Source: Gloeobacterales cyanobacterium | Lineage (GTDB): Bacteria; Cyanobacteriota; Cyanobacteriia; Gloeobacterales; PMM-0068 | NCBI GenBank assembly: GCA_038245785.1 | Contig: JBBRSB010000026.1 | Coordinates: 1 to 64,000 of the forward strand | Direction: 5' to 3' | Length of the DNA: 64,000 nt | Shown here: one piece after another, positions 10,066 to 20,382 of the stretch | Position numbering within the stretch: position 1 is the first letter of the stretch | Layout: each line of letters starts with the position of its first letter | The notes under the pieces: model-generated | What the model was told of the DNA's origin: nothing | Seen by the model: the letters and a program-made list of their open reading frames with translations, nothing else | Database searches by the model: none | Position numbers and translations under genes: made by a program

Positions 10066-11913
10066 TCAGCGACCAGTCGTCCCCGTTATGGTTGGGTCAT
10101 TTTTATCATTGTTGGTCACTGTATTATCTTGGGCAGGAGTGCCTGCAGTTTGTTGGAATAGAGGAGTGAAGAGCGCTACAGAGGGGAGCCCTCCCTGTGG
10201 TCTTGTTCCCGTTGGTCCCTGCAATACGTTATCCTTTACGGTCATTCCACTGGACCCATTGTCTAGGTAAATGCCTGCCGTGGGGTAGACATGAGTCCAT
10301 TTAGAACGCTGTATACCACGTATCCAATTTTTTTCAATCACTGTTCCTGGCTGTCTTGAAAGGGTATAGATCCCCGCACCATCATTCAAAAGCTTCATCA
10401 CATCATAAATTTTATTCTGACTGACTAGATTGTTTTTTAGATTTGTTTTGTCTGTGGTCCATCCCCATCCAAGGCTGATGCCTGTATAGGGCATATCAAA
10501 AATTTCATTTCGAACAATTTTGAGTTTATCTACAAAGAATGCGCCAATGCCTACAGAACCATAATAGTCTTGGGCACATTGAGATATTCGGTTGTTTGAA
10601 ATTTTGTTGTCAATGACTTGTTCTCCGATATCTCCTGAGTTCAGTAAGGCTCCTTCCACCGTAATACAGTTGCCGCTAACATCTGTAATCGTATTTCCTA
10701 CTATATCGGTATGCGTATTTCCAAGGAAGAGATTAATCCCTTGGCCCCCCAGGTGTTGAAAGCGGTTGCGCTCAAATAGAATGTCTTTGGTAAAAGATAA
10801 TTTAAGAGCACTAGGCATGGGTTCTAGTTTGTGGTCTCCAGCAACTGTTTTACCTCCTTGATTGACATAACTAATTCCACCTTGCCAGCCCACATATCCT
10901 TGCGTTTCTGGTAAGGCCCACCCAGTATCTTGAAAGACCAATCCCGCAAATTCAAGGTCATGAACAGGACTCGTTCCCCCAGGACGGTCTCCCCCATAGC
11001 TGATATTGGTTCCTTTAATTTCTACTAGAGTTTCTAATAGCGGAACGGTTGCTTGTTTAATTTTCTCACTTGGCAAAGGGCGATAGGTTACTATATTTTT
11101 TTTCTTGTCTAAAAACCATTCCCCAGGGCTATCCAGAAAGGCTTTAGCTCCCTCCCAATGATAGGGCTGACCACTATAGTGAGTGGCATCCCCAACTTTA
11201 TCAAAGAATATCTTCTCCTCAGGCTGTCGATAGCTACTCCAAGCGAAATCATTGACACATTTATAGCTTTCAAGTCTCAGTCTTGATTGATTCCATGGAT
11301 GCTGGATAACCTGTTCAGCCCCAATAGTAACCCCTTTGAGGTCTGCACAAGATAGTCCAATTCGTTTGTTTTTCGGATCATAGCTTGAATAAACTGCTCG
11401 AGGATTATTTTGGAGCAGCGTTGGATCTGCTTTAACCCTAAAGTAGTTACCTACATTAGGAGTTCTCGCCCGAATCATCCGCTTGCCATTGATGTACAGT
11501 TGGCGAAAGCTTAAACCCTGTGCACTGGCTTGGTAGTTACCTTCCTTAGTTTTAGTCCATTTCGTAAGAGTGCGTCCTCCACTGAGGATCGCAGTTCCTG
11601 TTGCCTCTCCTGGAGCAATTTGCCAGCGAACTTTAACCCCAGCCCGACCACTATCTTCTGCGGTGAAAATTAAAGGCTGCGTTAGCCTGTAGGTTCCTGC
11701 TTTTAAATTCACTGTAATCGGTTCGGTTTTGGGTATGGCCCGAACTACAGCTTTAACTTTCTCAAGAGTCTTGAATGGCCTCGCTTTGCTTCCTGGATTT
11801 TTATCATTGCCTTTTGGAGAAACAAAATAGGTTGCAGCTATACTTATTGGTATAAAAAGAGCAGCTTGAGCAAAGAAAATACAGCCCGCAAGCAGAAATC
11901 TACCCGTATACAT
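10066..11913 (-). CDS. Secreted right-handed parallel beta-helix protein (GH141/lyase-like)
   Basis: Signal peptide followed by YFVSPKGNDKNPGSKARPFKTL, beta-helix repeats and DGAGIYTL..GIYLDNGS. Confidence 0.75.
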   Translation of the reverse strand: MYTGRFLLAGCIFFAQAALFIPISIAATYFVSPKGNDKNPGSKARPFKTLEKVKAVVRAIPKTEPITVNLKAGTYRLTQPLIFTAEDSGRAGVKVRWQIAPGEATGTAILSGGRTLTKWTKTKEGNYQASAQGLSFRQLYINGKRMIRARTPNVGNYFRVKADPTLLQNNPRAVYSSYDPKNKRIGLSCADLKGVTIGAEQVIQHPWNQSRLRLESYKCVNDFAWSSYRQPEEKIFFDKVGDATHYSGQPYHWEGAKAFLDSPGEWFLDKKKNIVTYRPLPSEKIKQATVPLLETLVEIKGTNISYGGDRPGGTSPVHDLEFAGLVFQDTGWALPETQGYVGWQGGISYVNQGGKTVAGDHKLEPMPSALKLSFTKDILFERNRFQHLGGQGINLFLGNTHTDIVGNTITDVSGNCITVEGALLNSGDIGEQVIDNKISNNRISQCAQDYYGSVGIGAFFVDKLKIVRNEIFDMPYTGISLGWGWTTDKTNLKNNLVSQNKIYDVMKLLNDGAGIYTLSRQPGTVIEKNWIRGIQRSKWTHVYPTAGIYLDNGSSGMTVKDNVLQGPTGTRPQGGLPSVALFTPLFQQTAGTPAQDNTVTNNDKNDPTITGTTGR

Positions 11914-11915
11914 TT

Positions 11916-12386
11916 TTAACGCTCCTTATCAAGCTGAAGAATATGTCCAGTAGCAGGAAATTGCTCATGCCCATTCAAACGCCCTGACATAGTCTTGATG
12001 ATTCTGAATCCTTCACTTAAATACAGCTGCAAAGCGCGCTCATTCCCTTTAAGTGCTGTGGTATGAACCCTTTTGCCACAACGAGAGATAACATGTCGGA
12101 GCAGTGCTCGACCAACGCCCTGTCTATAGTATTCGGGGTCCACATATAACCAAGTCACTTCATCTTCCGCAGACGCCACAAACCCAACAATAGTTTCACC
12201 AACGCAACCGACCCAGACTTCCCCATCAAACAAATTTTCACTATCAGCGGTATCTGCTAGAGATAGAAATGCTCCCACTCCAACGGTAACCCGAAGTTCA
12301 TCGAACCGCGAACGATCGTGAACCGCAGCAATAGCATTCCAATCCTCTGGATTGTAAAGCCTGATCTGGAGGGTGGAGGATTGCAT
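11916..12386 (-). CDS. GNAT N-acetyltransferase
   Basis: LYVDPEYYRQGVGRALL acetyl-CoA motif and N.RA..LY..EGF. Confidence 0.9.
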   Translation of the reverse strand: MQSSTLQIRLYNPEDWNAIAAVHDRSRFDELRVTVGVGAFLSLADTADSENLFDGEVWVGCVGETIVGFVASAEDEVTWLYVDPEYYRQGVGRALLRHVISRCGKRVHTTALKGNERALQLYLSEGFRIIKTMSGRLNGHEQFPATGHILQLDKER

Positions 12387-12462
12387 GAGGTAATAGCTAA
12401 CAGTTACTCAGCAGAAAGAAATAGCTTAGCAATCTTCATCGGTTATAGGGCATAGGATTACA

Positions 12463-12702
12463 CTAAGCTACTTCTAAGATCTTTTCTGCTAGGTTTTTGC
12501 CTGTAGTAGGCGGAGGCAAAGGCTTGCCATCTTTCTTCATAAGCTCAATCCATTCATCAACTACTTTGCATAGCTCTGAATAAACCTGTGCTTCATCATC
12601 GCCATGACAACAGGGACCGATAATGCTTGGGCACTGTCCCACAAAGCACTGATCCTCTTCAGACCATTCAACAATTTTTATATAGTGAGCGCTTTCTTTC
12701 AT
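12463..12702 (-). CDS. hicB: HicB-like antitoxin
   Basis: Y.KIVEWSEEDQCFVGQCP...GDDE...WIE.M..DGKPLP. The ATG overlaps the hicA stop (ATGA). Confidence 0.8.
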   Translation of the reverse strand: MKESAHYIKIVEWSEEDQCFVGQCPSIIGPCCHGDDEAQVYSELCKVVDEWIELMKKDGKPLPPPTTGKNLAEKILEVA

Positions 12703-12893
12703 GACTGGGTCTCCTGAATTTTCTTTTTCACTTCCCATGTTTGGTAAGTTTTAGCATCATCACCGAGCTGACCTGAAATAGTAATTCGAATTCCTTTAGG
12801 GTGTTCATAATTTCTGTGACTACCTTTCCCTCCTCGATTAACAAAACCAGCTTTTTCCAGGTCGCGAATCAATTCTCTTATTTTGCTAGGCAT
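12699..12893 (-). CDS. hicA: HicA-family toxin (mRNA interferase)
   Basis: 64 aa, L.KAGF...GGKGSHRNYEHP. Confidence 0.9.
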   Translation of the reverse strand: MPSKIRELIRDLEKAGFVNRGGKGSHRNYEHPKGIRITISGQLGDDAKTYQTWEVKKKIQETQS

Positions 12894-13021
12894 ACCTTAA
12901 GCGACTATATGATCAGCATAACGGTAACACTCTTCTAGCTTTTCTAATGTCAAAGACTAGCCAGAGCAGATACCCATATAGCCTATCTTGATTGGTCATG
13001 ACTGCGGTGTTCTTCGAGAAC

Positions 13022-13738
13022 TTAGTAAGAAGTAAATTCGATGTTGATGCCAAAGCTAGTATCTTGCCGAGTGGGAGCATTGATAAAGTCAATATCCGCA
13101 CTGACCCGCATCGCAGGACTCAAGGCATAGCCGAAAGAGAGTTGGGTCCGGCCTACTGTTGGCCCTTGAGAGGGCAGAATAACGGTTTCTGTCAACGTTA
13201 CATCGGCAGTTTGGGCTAGGGCAAATACCAGCTTACCTCCTAGCGCAGGTCCTTGGAATTCTGCGCCCTCTAAGCGAAGCGAAGTGTATCCCACCTGCGG
13301 AGCCAAGTTGACATAAGAGCCTAGAGGGACAAGGTAATAGCGGATATTGCCGCCCCAGAGATTAGTGTTATGGATATTTTGATTTAAGGACTGGCGATAC
13401 TCAGCACTCAGCGTAAACCCACTTTTGCCTAAGAATATATCTTCAGCGCCCAGAGCCAATTCATAGTCATTTTCGCGAGAAGGGACATTAGCCACCCCTA
13501 TCTTGAACTTGGTAGGAAAAGCAGGAGTATTCTCAATATCATTGAGGACATTGGGAGGAGAATCTAGCCAACGTTTGAGGACGGGAGAACGTTGTAGTAA
13601 GTCTTGTTCTAAATTCAGGTCATCCGCCGCAGTCGAGGGCACTTTGTCAGGAGCCGCATAGCCAGGTAAACCCCAGAGGGTGATGCCCAAGAGACTGAAT
13701 AACGCCCATTTGTGAACCAGTCGGTTGGAGGACACCAT
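13022..13738 (-). CDS. Exported hypothetical protein, probable beta-barrel (cyanobacterial family)
   Basis: Signal peptide, SPVLKRWL..PPNVL.DI motif and alternating amphipathic beta segments. Confidence 0.65.
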   Translation of the reverse strand: MVSSNRLVHKWALFSLLGITLWGLPGYAAPDKVPSTAADDLNLEQDLLQRSPVLKRWLDSPPNVLNDIENTPAFPTKFKIGVANVPSRENDYELALGAEDIFLGKSGFTLSAEYRQSLNQNIHNTNLWGGNIRYYLVPLGSYVNLAPQVGYTSLRLEGAEFQGPALGGKLVFALAQTADVTLTETVILPSQGPTVGRTQLSFGYALSPAMRVSADIDFINAPTRQDTSFGINIEFTSY

Positions 13739-13781
13739 TAAGTTGCCTGAAAAAAGCCAAATTTCAGTGTAAACGAAGATG

Positions 13782-15515
13782 CTATCGAGGTAGCACGGCA
13801 GCCACCACTCTCTTACGCGCTTGCTCGACTACGCCAGTGAACAAACTGGTGACCAAGCGCTGCGGGTGTATTTGTGGACGGACCAGTTCCCAAAGCCGGG
13901 CAACTTCTCGCGTATGCAATTGGTCCCCTTCCGTAAAGGCCTGAACCACCTGCTCCCGAATGAATTGTCCTTCTTTGCTCGTCAGATACTGAAAGGCAAG
14001 CTGGGCGGAAGGCATGAGGTCTATCTCACTATCCACTGCACCCTCTCCAGCAATGCGCAACAGATTCTCCAAACGATGCCATTGGAAGCGTCCATTTTTG
14101 AACAGGATGCGCAGCAACCGTTCACGCAGACGAGGAGACTCATCGGTTAAAAGTCGACGAGCGACGTAGGGGTAGCCAATACTTACCAAGCTAAATTCAG
14201 GGTCTAGGGAAAGAGCAACCCCTTCCTGCGTGACCAGAGAACGAATGATCAAGGCAAACTGAGCAGGGATTCGGAAGGGATAATCAAACATTAATTCAGA
14301 GAATTGATCCGTAATCGTTTTGATATTAAATTCTGAGACTTTCGCTCCTAAAATATCGCCCAAGACTCTTTCTAGGGCTGGAACAATTGGGCTGATATCT
14401 ACTTCGGGAGCCAGAAAACCAAGGTCTTTAAAAGACTCCGCCAAATCGTCATAGTCTTTATTCAAAAGATGAACTAAAGCATCAATTAAGCCTTCTTTAA
14501 GCGATTCAGGCAACTGATCCATCATCCCAAAATCTATATAGGCCATCCGTCCATCACGCAGGGCGAAAAGGTTTCCTGGGTGGGGATCTGCGTGAAAGAA
14601 TCCAAATTCTAACAGTTGTTTTAGACCTGATTCTACGCCAAGGCGTATTAGGTTATCAGTACTCAGTCCCGCCTTGCGAATAGCTTTTAGATCATTGAGC
14701 TTAATGCCATCAATCCATTCTAAGGTTAGGACTCTGCGGGCAGAATATTCCCAATAGATCTTAGGAGCATAAATTCTGGGATCATTCTTGAAATATTCAG
14801 CGAAACGATTGCAGTTGCGGCCCTCTTGCTGATAGTCAATCTCTTCAAAAAGCTTGCTGCCGAACTCATCCACAATCAGGCTAAGGTCATGACCAAGGTT
14901 CAAAGGCAGATAGGGCGCGATCCATCCGGCAGCCCAGCGCAGGACAAATAAATCGAGGGTGAGCGAACGGACTAAGTTAGGCCGTTGGACTTTAACGGCG
15001 ACGACTTCACCACTTTTGAGTTTGGCCTTGTAGACCTGGCCCAGCGATGCAGCTGCCACAGGCTCAGGGCTAAATTCGGCATAGACTTCTTGAGGCTCTT
15101 TACCTAGCTGTTCTTTGATACAAGCAAAGGCAATCGCATTTTCAAAAGGAGGAAGCTGGTCTTGGAGGATAGTTAATTCTTCCATATAGGCCGCTGGAAT
15201 CAGATCAGGCCTTGTGGATAGAGCTTGACCAATCTTTATAGTTCCTGGACCCAACTTTGTAATGATCTCCCGTAGCTGAATCGCTCGGAGGGGACGATTT
15301 TGGGCCTCTGTCCCTTTTTTAAGGTCGAACCATATGCTTAGAGCAAACCCCGCGAACCACCAGAATACTTGTATAGCGCGGAATAGAGGCAACCAGGGCC
15401 TTTGACGATAGTACCGAGCGATGGCTTTGTAGTCGTAGCGCTTAAGTTTTTCTAGAGCAGTTGGGTTCACAGGAGATTTTAATTTGTTATGAAAGGTTGC
15501 ATACGTTACATACAA
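13782..15515 (-). CDS. ABC1/AarF/UbiB atypical kinase
   Basis: IKIGQALSTRPD, AAASLGQVYKA, VAVKVQRP, FHADPHPGN, IDFGMM. Confidence 0.95.
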   Translation of the reverse strand: MYVTYATFHNKLKSPVNPTALEKLKRYDYKAIARYYRQRPWLPLFRAIQVFWWFAGFALSIWFDLKKGTEAQNRPLRAIQLREIITKLGPGTIKIGQALSTRPDLIPAAYMEELTILQDQLPPFENAIAFACIKEQLGKEPQEVYAEFSPEPVAAASLGQVYKAKLKSGEVVAVKVQRPNLVRSLTLDLFVLRWAAGWIAPYLPLNLGHDLSLIVDEFGSKLFEEIDYQQEGRNCNRFAEYFKNDPRIYAPKIYWEYSARRVLTLEWIDGIKLNDLKAIRKAGLSTDNLIRLGVESGLKQLLEFGFFHADPHPGNLFALRDGRMAYIDFGMMDQLPESLKEGLIDALVHLLNKDYDDLAESFKDLGFLAPEVDISPIVPALERVLGDILGAKVSEFNIKTITDQFSELMFDYPFRIPAQFALIIRSLVTQEGVALSLDPEFSLVSIGYPYVARRLLTDESPRLRERLLRILFKNGRFQWHRLENLLRIAGEGAVDSEIDLMPSAQLAFQYLTSKEGQFIREQVVQAFTEGDQLHTREVARLWELVRPQIHPQRLVTSLFTGVVEQARKRVVAAVLPR

Positions 15516-15608
15516 ACCTTCACATCCAGTATAGGAGACAGAGATTTTTCTTGCTCGAAATATCCGCAGAATCTCGGAGAGCCTGTATCAATAGGCACAA
15601 CTCCAAGA

Positions 15609-17042
15609 TCATTCAGAGACGTCAAAGCCAGCTTGTTTCAGCGCCTGAGCCATAACACTAAGCCCCTCTAGACCAGCAGGTGAGACCGAGGTCGTAGACT
15701 TAGGCCCTCTTGATTTTCCAGAGGACACAGAACCAGAACGGGTTGGAGCGGGTGGCTTCTTAGAGCGGCTCGGGCCTCTGTGCATTTCACGAGGTTCAGT
15801 TGATGCCGTACCGCTTGCTCCTGGGACAAGTGCCCGTTGGCTTAAGCGCATCCGGCGGCGTTTAGCATCTACATCCAGGACTTGGACCGAAAGCTTTTCT
15901 CCAGCTTTTAGCGGTTCATTGCGGTTTGTCAGTTCAGCGTTAGGAAGGAGGGCTACCATGCCTTCCTCCACTTCACAGAAGGTGCCAAAGTCCACTACCT
16001 CCTGGACGGTGACTTCTACGGTCTGTCCGGGCGTATAGCGCTCCTCTGAAGAGGCCCAAGGGTCTGCCTGTAACTGCTTGCGACTCAGCGCCATCCGGCG
16101 TTTGTTAGGGTCTGCAGAAATCAGGACTACTTCGATTTCATCACCTTCTTTAGCAAAATCTTTTGGATTCGCATTACGCTGAGCCCAAGAAAATTCACTG
16201 CTATGGAGTAGCCCTTCCAGCCCAGTGACCAGCTCAACGAAAGCACCAAAGTCTGTAATCCGGGTAACTTTGCCTTTATAGTGGCCTCCCACTTGGAACT
16301 CTTCGCCAACACGGGTCCAAGGGTTTTCGGTAGCCTGCTTCAGGCTTAAACCGATTCGCTTTTTATCTCCACCTTCCAGCTTGATGATTTTTGCTTTGAT
16401 TTTCTGGCCCACTTTCAGCACATCTTGGGGCTTGGCAACACGGTCCCAGGACATTTCGGAAATGTGCATTAAACCATCCATTTCTGCCCCGATATCCACA
16501 AAAGCGCCAAAATCTACCAGTTTCCGCACAACTCCATCCACAATCGCCCCTTCTTCAGGATTGATAGGAGGAAGTTTAGATTTTCTTGCTTTGGGTTTCG
16601 GTGCTTCAGTTTTTGCCTCTGTGGTCTCGGTTCCTGCGGCCTCTACTTTCTCCACAGATGCCTCAGCAGGTGCTATCTCTTCTGTCTCAGAGGCACTGGC
16701 TTCTATCTCTGCTGCAACTATAGGTTCCAGCTCTGAGGAAGCTTCTGGAGTATCTGTGGGTGTGACTTCTACGGCGGCTTCAATCACAGGCTCTGGATCC
16801 GCAGAAACTTTGATTTCATTTGTAGCGTCTACTGACTCGGATGGCTCAGGAGATACAGACAATTCGGCAGTCTGTGGTTCTGTCAGATCACCCGGAGAAT
16901 CCGCAGATAAGGCGGGGGTTGGTTCCGGCTCTGCTGTGAATGTCACGAGTGGTTCGTTTTCGGTTGAAGAATAATTCACGGCAAAGACCCAATTTCGTCT
17001 GTTTAAATTACCTATGATCATATCCTCTTCTTCTAGAGGCAC
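15609..17042 (-). CDS. S1 RNA-binding domain protein (RpsA-like, three S1 domains) with acidic N-terminal extension; start uncertain
   Basis: Three S1 repeats (DFGAFVDIG..GLMHISE; DFGAFVEL..GLLHSSE; DFGTFCEV). Confidence 0.85.
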   Translation of the reverse strand: MPLEEEDMIIGNLNRRNWVFAVNYSSTENEPLVTFTAEPEPTPALSADSPGDLTEPQTAELSVSPEPSESVDATNEIKVSADPEPVIEAAVEVTPTDTPEASSELEPIVAAEIEASASETEEIAPAEASVEKVEAAGTETTEAKTEAPKPKARKSKLPPINPEEGAIVDGVVRKLVDFGAFVDIGAEMDGLMHISEMSWDRVAKPQDVLKVGQKIKAKIIKLEGGDKKRIGLSLKQATENPWTRVGEEFQVGGHYKGKVTRITDFGAFVELVTGLEGLLHSSEFSWAQRNANPKDFAKEGDEIEVVLISADPNKRRMALSRKQLQADPWASSEERYTPGQTVEVTVQEVVDFGTFCEVEEGMVALLPNAELTNRNEPLKAGEKLSVQVLDVDAKRRRMRLSQRALVPGASGTASTEPREMHRGPSRSKKPPAPTRSGSVSSGKSRGPKSTTSVSPAGLEGLSVMAQALKQAGFDVSE

Positions 17043-17345
17043 TTCCTCTTTTTTAGAATTTACTGCTTGTTTTTTGCTTTAGAGGAATATGAATAGCGAC
17101 TTATTCAGTTATGCCAAAGGCCTCAAGTGCATAGGGAAAGGGCGTTTGGGAGCATATTCTAAGTTGAATTGATGAAACGGTAGCCAAAAGCACTTTGAGT
17201 ACTTGAATAACAAAATTTTGAGAAATCAAAAAGGCTAATACTGCTCAGCGGAGTATAAATACTCATCGCTGAGCAACCATTCTGTCCATGGCAGGTTGCC
17301 CCAAGCCCAGGGTTACAATCAGGAAGTTGCTGTCATCCCCTGGAA

Positions 17346-18746
17346 ATGGCCAAATTAAAAACCCATTTCACCTGTAGTGCCTGTGGTGCCGATTCTCCTA
17401 AATGGTTGGGCAAATGTCCTGAGTGCAATGCTTGGAATAGTTTTACGGAACAAGTCGTAGAGCAAGCGATTGCTGCTCCCCGTCCCGGTCAGCGAACTAG
17501 TAGAACGGCAGTCCATGCTCCTGCCCAACCACTGCAGTCGATTCCCCTCAGCTTGGTGGAAGAAACAGCAGAATTTCGCCTGCCTTCCGGTTATGCGGAA
17601 CTTGACCGAGTCTTAGGAGGAGGAATTGTTCCTGGGTCTTTGGTCCTGATTGGGGGAGACCCTGGGATTGGCAAATCCACTTTGCTGCTCCAAACAGCTC
17701 AATTACTGAGTCAGCAACACCGAGTGCTCTATGTTTCGGCGGAGGAATCAGCCCGGCAAATTAAACTGAGGGCCGACCGTCTCCTGAGTGAGGGTTCGTC
17801 TCTTTATCTCTTGGCCGAAACTGATTTAGAACAGGTCTTACTGGAACTCGAACATCTACGGCCTCAGGTCGCAGTGATTGACAGTATCCAAGCCGTCTAT
17901 TTTGGAGCCTTATCTTCTGCGCCTGGTTCTGTTTCTCAGGTACGAGAATGCACCGCAGCCCTGATGCGAGTAGCTAAACGGGAAAACATCACCCTCTTTA
18001 TCGTCGGTCATGTCACGAAAGAGGGAACGCTGGCGGGTCCAAGAGTCTTGGAACACCTGGTCGATACGGTGCTTTACTTCGAGGGCGAACAGTTTCAATC
18101 CCATCGTTTACTGCGTTCGGTCAAAAATCGTTTTGGAGCGACCCAGGAAGTGGGTGTTTTTGAAATGGCCGACCGAGGCTTGCTGGAGGTGGAGAATCCT
18201 TCTGAACTGTTCCTTTCCTCAAGAGAAGATAGTAACCCTGGAACAGCAGCGATTGTTGCCTGTGAGGGCACGCGACCGCTGGTAGTCGAACTCCAGGCTC
18301 TGGTCAGCCCTACGAGCTATGGCTCACCCCGTCGCACCTGCACCGGCATCGAAACCAATCGCTTTTTGCAAATCCTCGCCGTCCTCGAAAAGCGTGTCGG
18401 TATTCCCCTATCAAAACTGGATGCCTATGTTGCTTCAGCCGGAGGTCTCAATGTGGCAGAACCGGCTGCAGATTTAGGCGTGGCCGTGGCAATTGCTGCT
18501 AGTTTCCGCGACCGAGTGGTAGACCCGAATACGGTCTTGATTGGTGAAGTCGGCTTAGGAGGTCAAGTGCGCGCCGTCTCCCAAGTGGAAATGAGACTGA
18601 AAGAAGCGGCGAAACTAGGTTTTAACAGAGCGGTTATCCCCAAAGGCTACGGTGGCCCATCTTTTGGAATGCAGTTAAATCCAGTGAGCAAACTCTTGGA
18701 AGCTTTGATTGTGGCCTTGCCTGGGGCCGTGGACACTCCTGATTGA
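17346..18746 (+). CDS. radA: DNA repair protein RadA/Sms
   Basis: C4 zinc finger, GGDPGIGKSTLLLQ, KNRFG motif, Lon-like C-terminus. Confidence 0.98.
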   Translation: MAKLKTHFTCSACGADSPKWLGKCPECNAWNSFTEQVVEQAIAAPRPGQRTSRTAVHAPAQPLQSIPLSLVEETAEFRLPSGYAELDRVLGGGIVPGSLVLIGGDPGIGKSTLLLQTAQLLSQQHRVLYVSAEESARQIKLRADRLLSEGSSLYLLAETDLEQVLLELEHLRPQVAVIDSIQAVYFGALSSAPGSVSQVRECTAALMRVAKRENITLFIVGHVTKEGTLAGPRVLEHLVDTVLYFEGEQFQSHRLLRSVKNRFGATQEVGVFEMADRGLLEVENPSELFLSSREDSNPGTAAIVACEGTRPLVVELQALVSPTSYGSPRRTCTGIETNRFLQILAVLEKRVGIPLSKLDAYVASAGGLNVAEPAADLGVAVAIAASFRDRVVDPNTVLIGEVGLGGQVRAVSQVEMRLKEAAKLGFNRAVIPKGYGGPSFGMQLNPVSKLLEALIVALPGAVDTPD

Positions 18747-18814
18747 ATCTCGGCTTACGAAGTACTATTGCACCTATCAATTACTTCAAGTGATGGAAGA
18801 GGTAAAATCAACCT

Positions 18815-19393
18815 ATGACAGCGCTCACTCTCACCCTAGACCCAATTATTCATCTGACAGACGAACAGTTCTATCAGATCTGTCAGGCGAATCGAGACCT
18901 TAGATTTGAACGCACCGCGAAGGGAGAGCTGGTAATCATGCCTCCAACGGGCTGGGATACAGGAAAACGGAATGCAGATTTAACCACTGATTTGAATTTA
19001 TGGAACCGTCAAACCCAGCTTGGTATTGTTTTTGATTCTTCCACGGGCTTTACGCTCTCTAACGGTGCCAATCGCTCTCCGGATGCAGCATGGGTAAGAA
19101 AAGAACGGCTAGACGCTTTGAGTCCAGACCCGACGGGATTTTTACCGCTGGCTCCTGATTTCGTCGTAGAATTGCGCTCTGCCAGTGATAACTGGAAGCC
19201 ACTCCAAGAAAAGATGCAAGAGTACATGGCCAATGGGGTGTGCCTGGGCTGGCTGATCAATCCTAAAGATCAGCAAGTGGAAATTTATATACCCAACCAG
19301 GAAGTAGAAGTACTTCCATCCCCCACTAATTTGTCTGGACAAGATATACTGCCAGGATTTGTTTTGGAGCTTAGTCAAATATTGAGCGTATAG
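18815..19393 (+). CDS. Uma2-family endonuclease
   Basis: FERTAKGELVIMPPTG, RSPDAAWV, APDFVVELRS, LGWLINP. Confidence 0.95.
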   Translation: MTALTLTLDPIIHLTDEQFYQICQANRDLRFERTAKGELVIMPPTGWDTGKRNADLTTDLNLWNRQTQLGIVFDSSTGFTLSNGANRSPDAAWVRKERLDALSPDPTGFLPLAPDFVVELRSASDNWKPLQEKMQEYMANGVCLGWLINPKDQQVEIYIPNQEVEVLPSPTNLSGQDILPGFVLELSQILSV

Positions 19394-19448
19394 GCGCTAG
19401 GGCAAACTTTCAAATCGTTGTGGCCCATAGACATTTTCTAGAGGCTTT

Positions 19449-20243
19449 TTATGAGTCTTCTGAATTCGAGGTTGCTTGAGCTACGGCCTCGATTTCTTCT
19501 AGGGGAAGATGGAGTGCTTGGGCTATCTGTTCCAAACTAAGGCCTAGCTTGAGAAATTCAGGCACGGTTTCCAGTTTGCCTTCCCGTTTGCCTTCCTGCT
19601 CTATCGACTTATAGAGCCTAGATTGCTTGAACTCGCTTTCCGTTATCGTTAGCATCGCCTCTATCTCCTCCTTACTCATACTGGCAAACTTGTAGGAAAC
19701 CACCGTTTCAATTATTTCTATCATATCCCTTCGGATAGCTTCCCTTGGCTCTGACTGGGCTTGCTCCAGAAGTCGTCTTGCTTTTTCTGCTGCTGTGGCT
19801 TCCGGTTCTACAACAAGTTTGAGAATACCCAGACTCATGGATGTTCCTTCTTCATCAACTTCATCCAAATAAATCCGCTCCACTTGGTTACAGTTCAGCA
19901 GGGCTCGATAGTGCGATGAATCATCGGGCTCAACATTCCTGTTGGGGAAAATGACTACCGCCCGCCAATCATTGGGCTCTGGGTACTGTCTCAAGTACAG
20001 AAAAATCTCAGAGAAGAACCGAGCATAAAATTGGGGATCTTCTTGGAACTGAACTTCTGCAAAGTAAACGGGCTGGGCAGGGAGACTCGGCAGAAATATG
20101 CCATCGATACGGAAGGCGGTCTGTTTGATTTCCACGGACCGAAATTGATATCCCTCGGCTTGTTCTGGAGACCGACCAATCAGGCAGAAGAAACTCTCTG
20201 GGAGCGTCTGGAAGATTCGGTAGAAGAGGCTATCTGTTTTCAC
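19449..20243 (-). CDS. Rpn-family nuclease / putative transposase (DUF2887)
   Basis: KTDSLFYRIFQ, SVEIKQTAFRIDG, YFAEVQFQ. The GTG start at 20243 is more plausible than 20354. Confidence 0.9.
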   Translation of the reverse strand: MKTDSLFYRIFQTLPESFFCLIGRSPEQAEGYQFRSVEIKQTAFRIDGIFLPSLPAQPVYFAEVQFQEDPQFYARFFSEIFLYLRQYPEPNDWRAVVIFPNRNVEPDDSSHYRALLNCNQVERIYLDEVDEEGTSMSLGILKLVVEPEATAAEKARRLLEQAQSEPREAIRRDMIEIIETVVSYKFASMSKEEIEAMLTITESEFKQSRLYKSIEQEGKREGKLETVPEFLKLGLSLEQIAQALHLPLEEIEAVAQATSNSEDS

Positions 20244-20382
20244 AGCGCTTAGTTTAGCGCAGACTGGTTGCGCAGGATAAGAGAACAAAAGCGCTCTTCG
20301 CCCTACATGCTTATGAAAAAAGCGAGGATAGCTCTTCTTCCGGGTTATAAACAACTTATTGGATTAGCGTGCAAGGTCTGTA

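Noticed and set aside
16381..16974. 197-aa Ser/Ala-rich ORF
   Set aside because: It is an antisense shadow of the S1 gene's low-complexity region.
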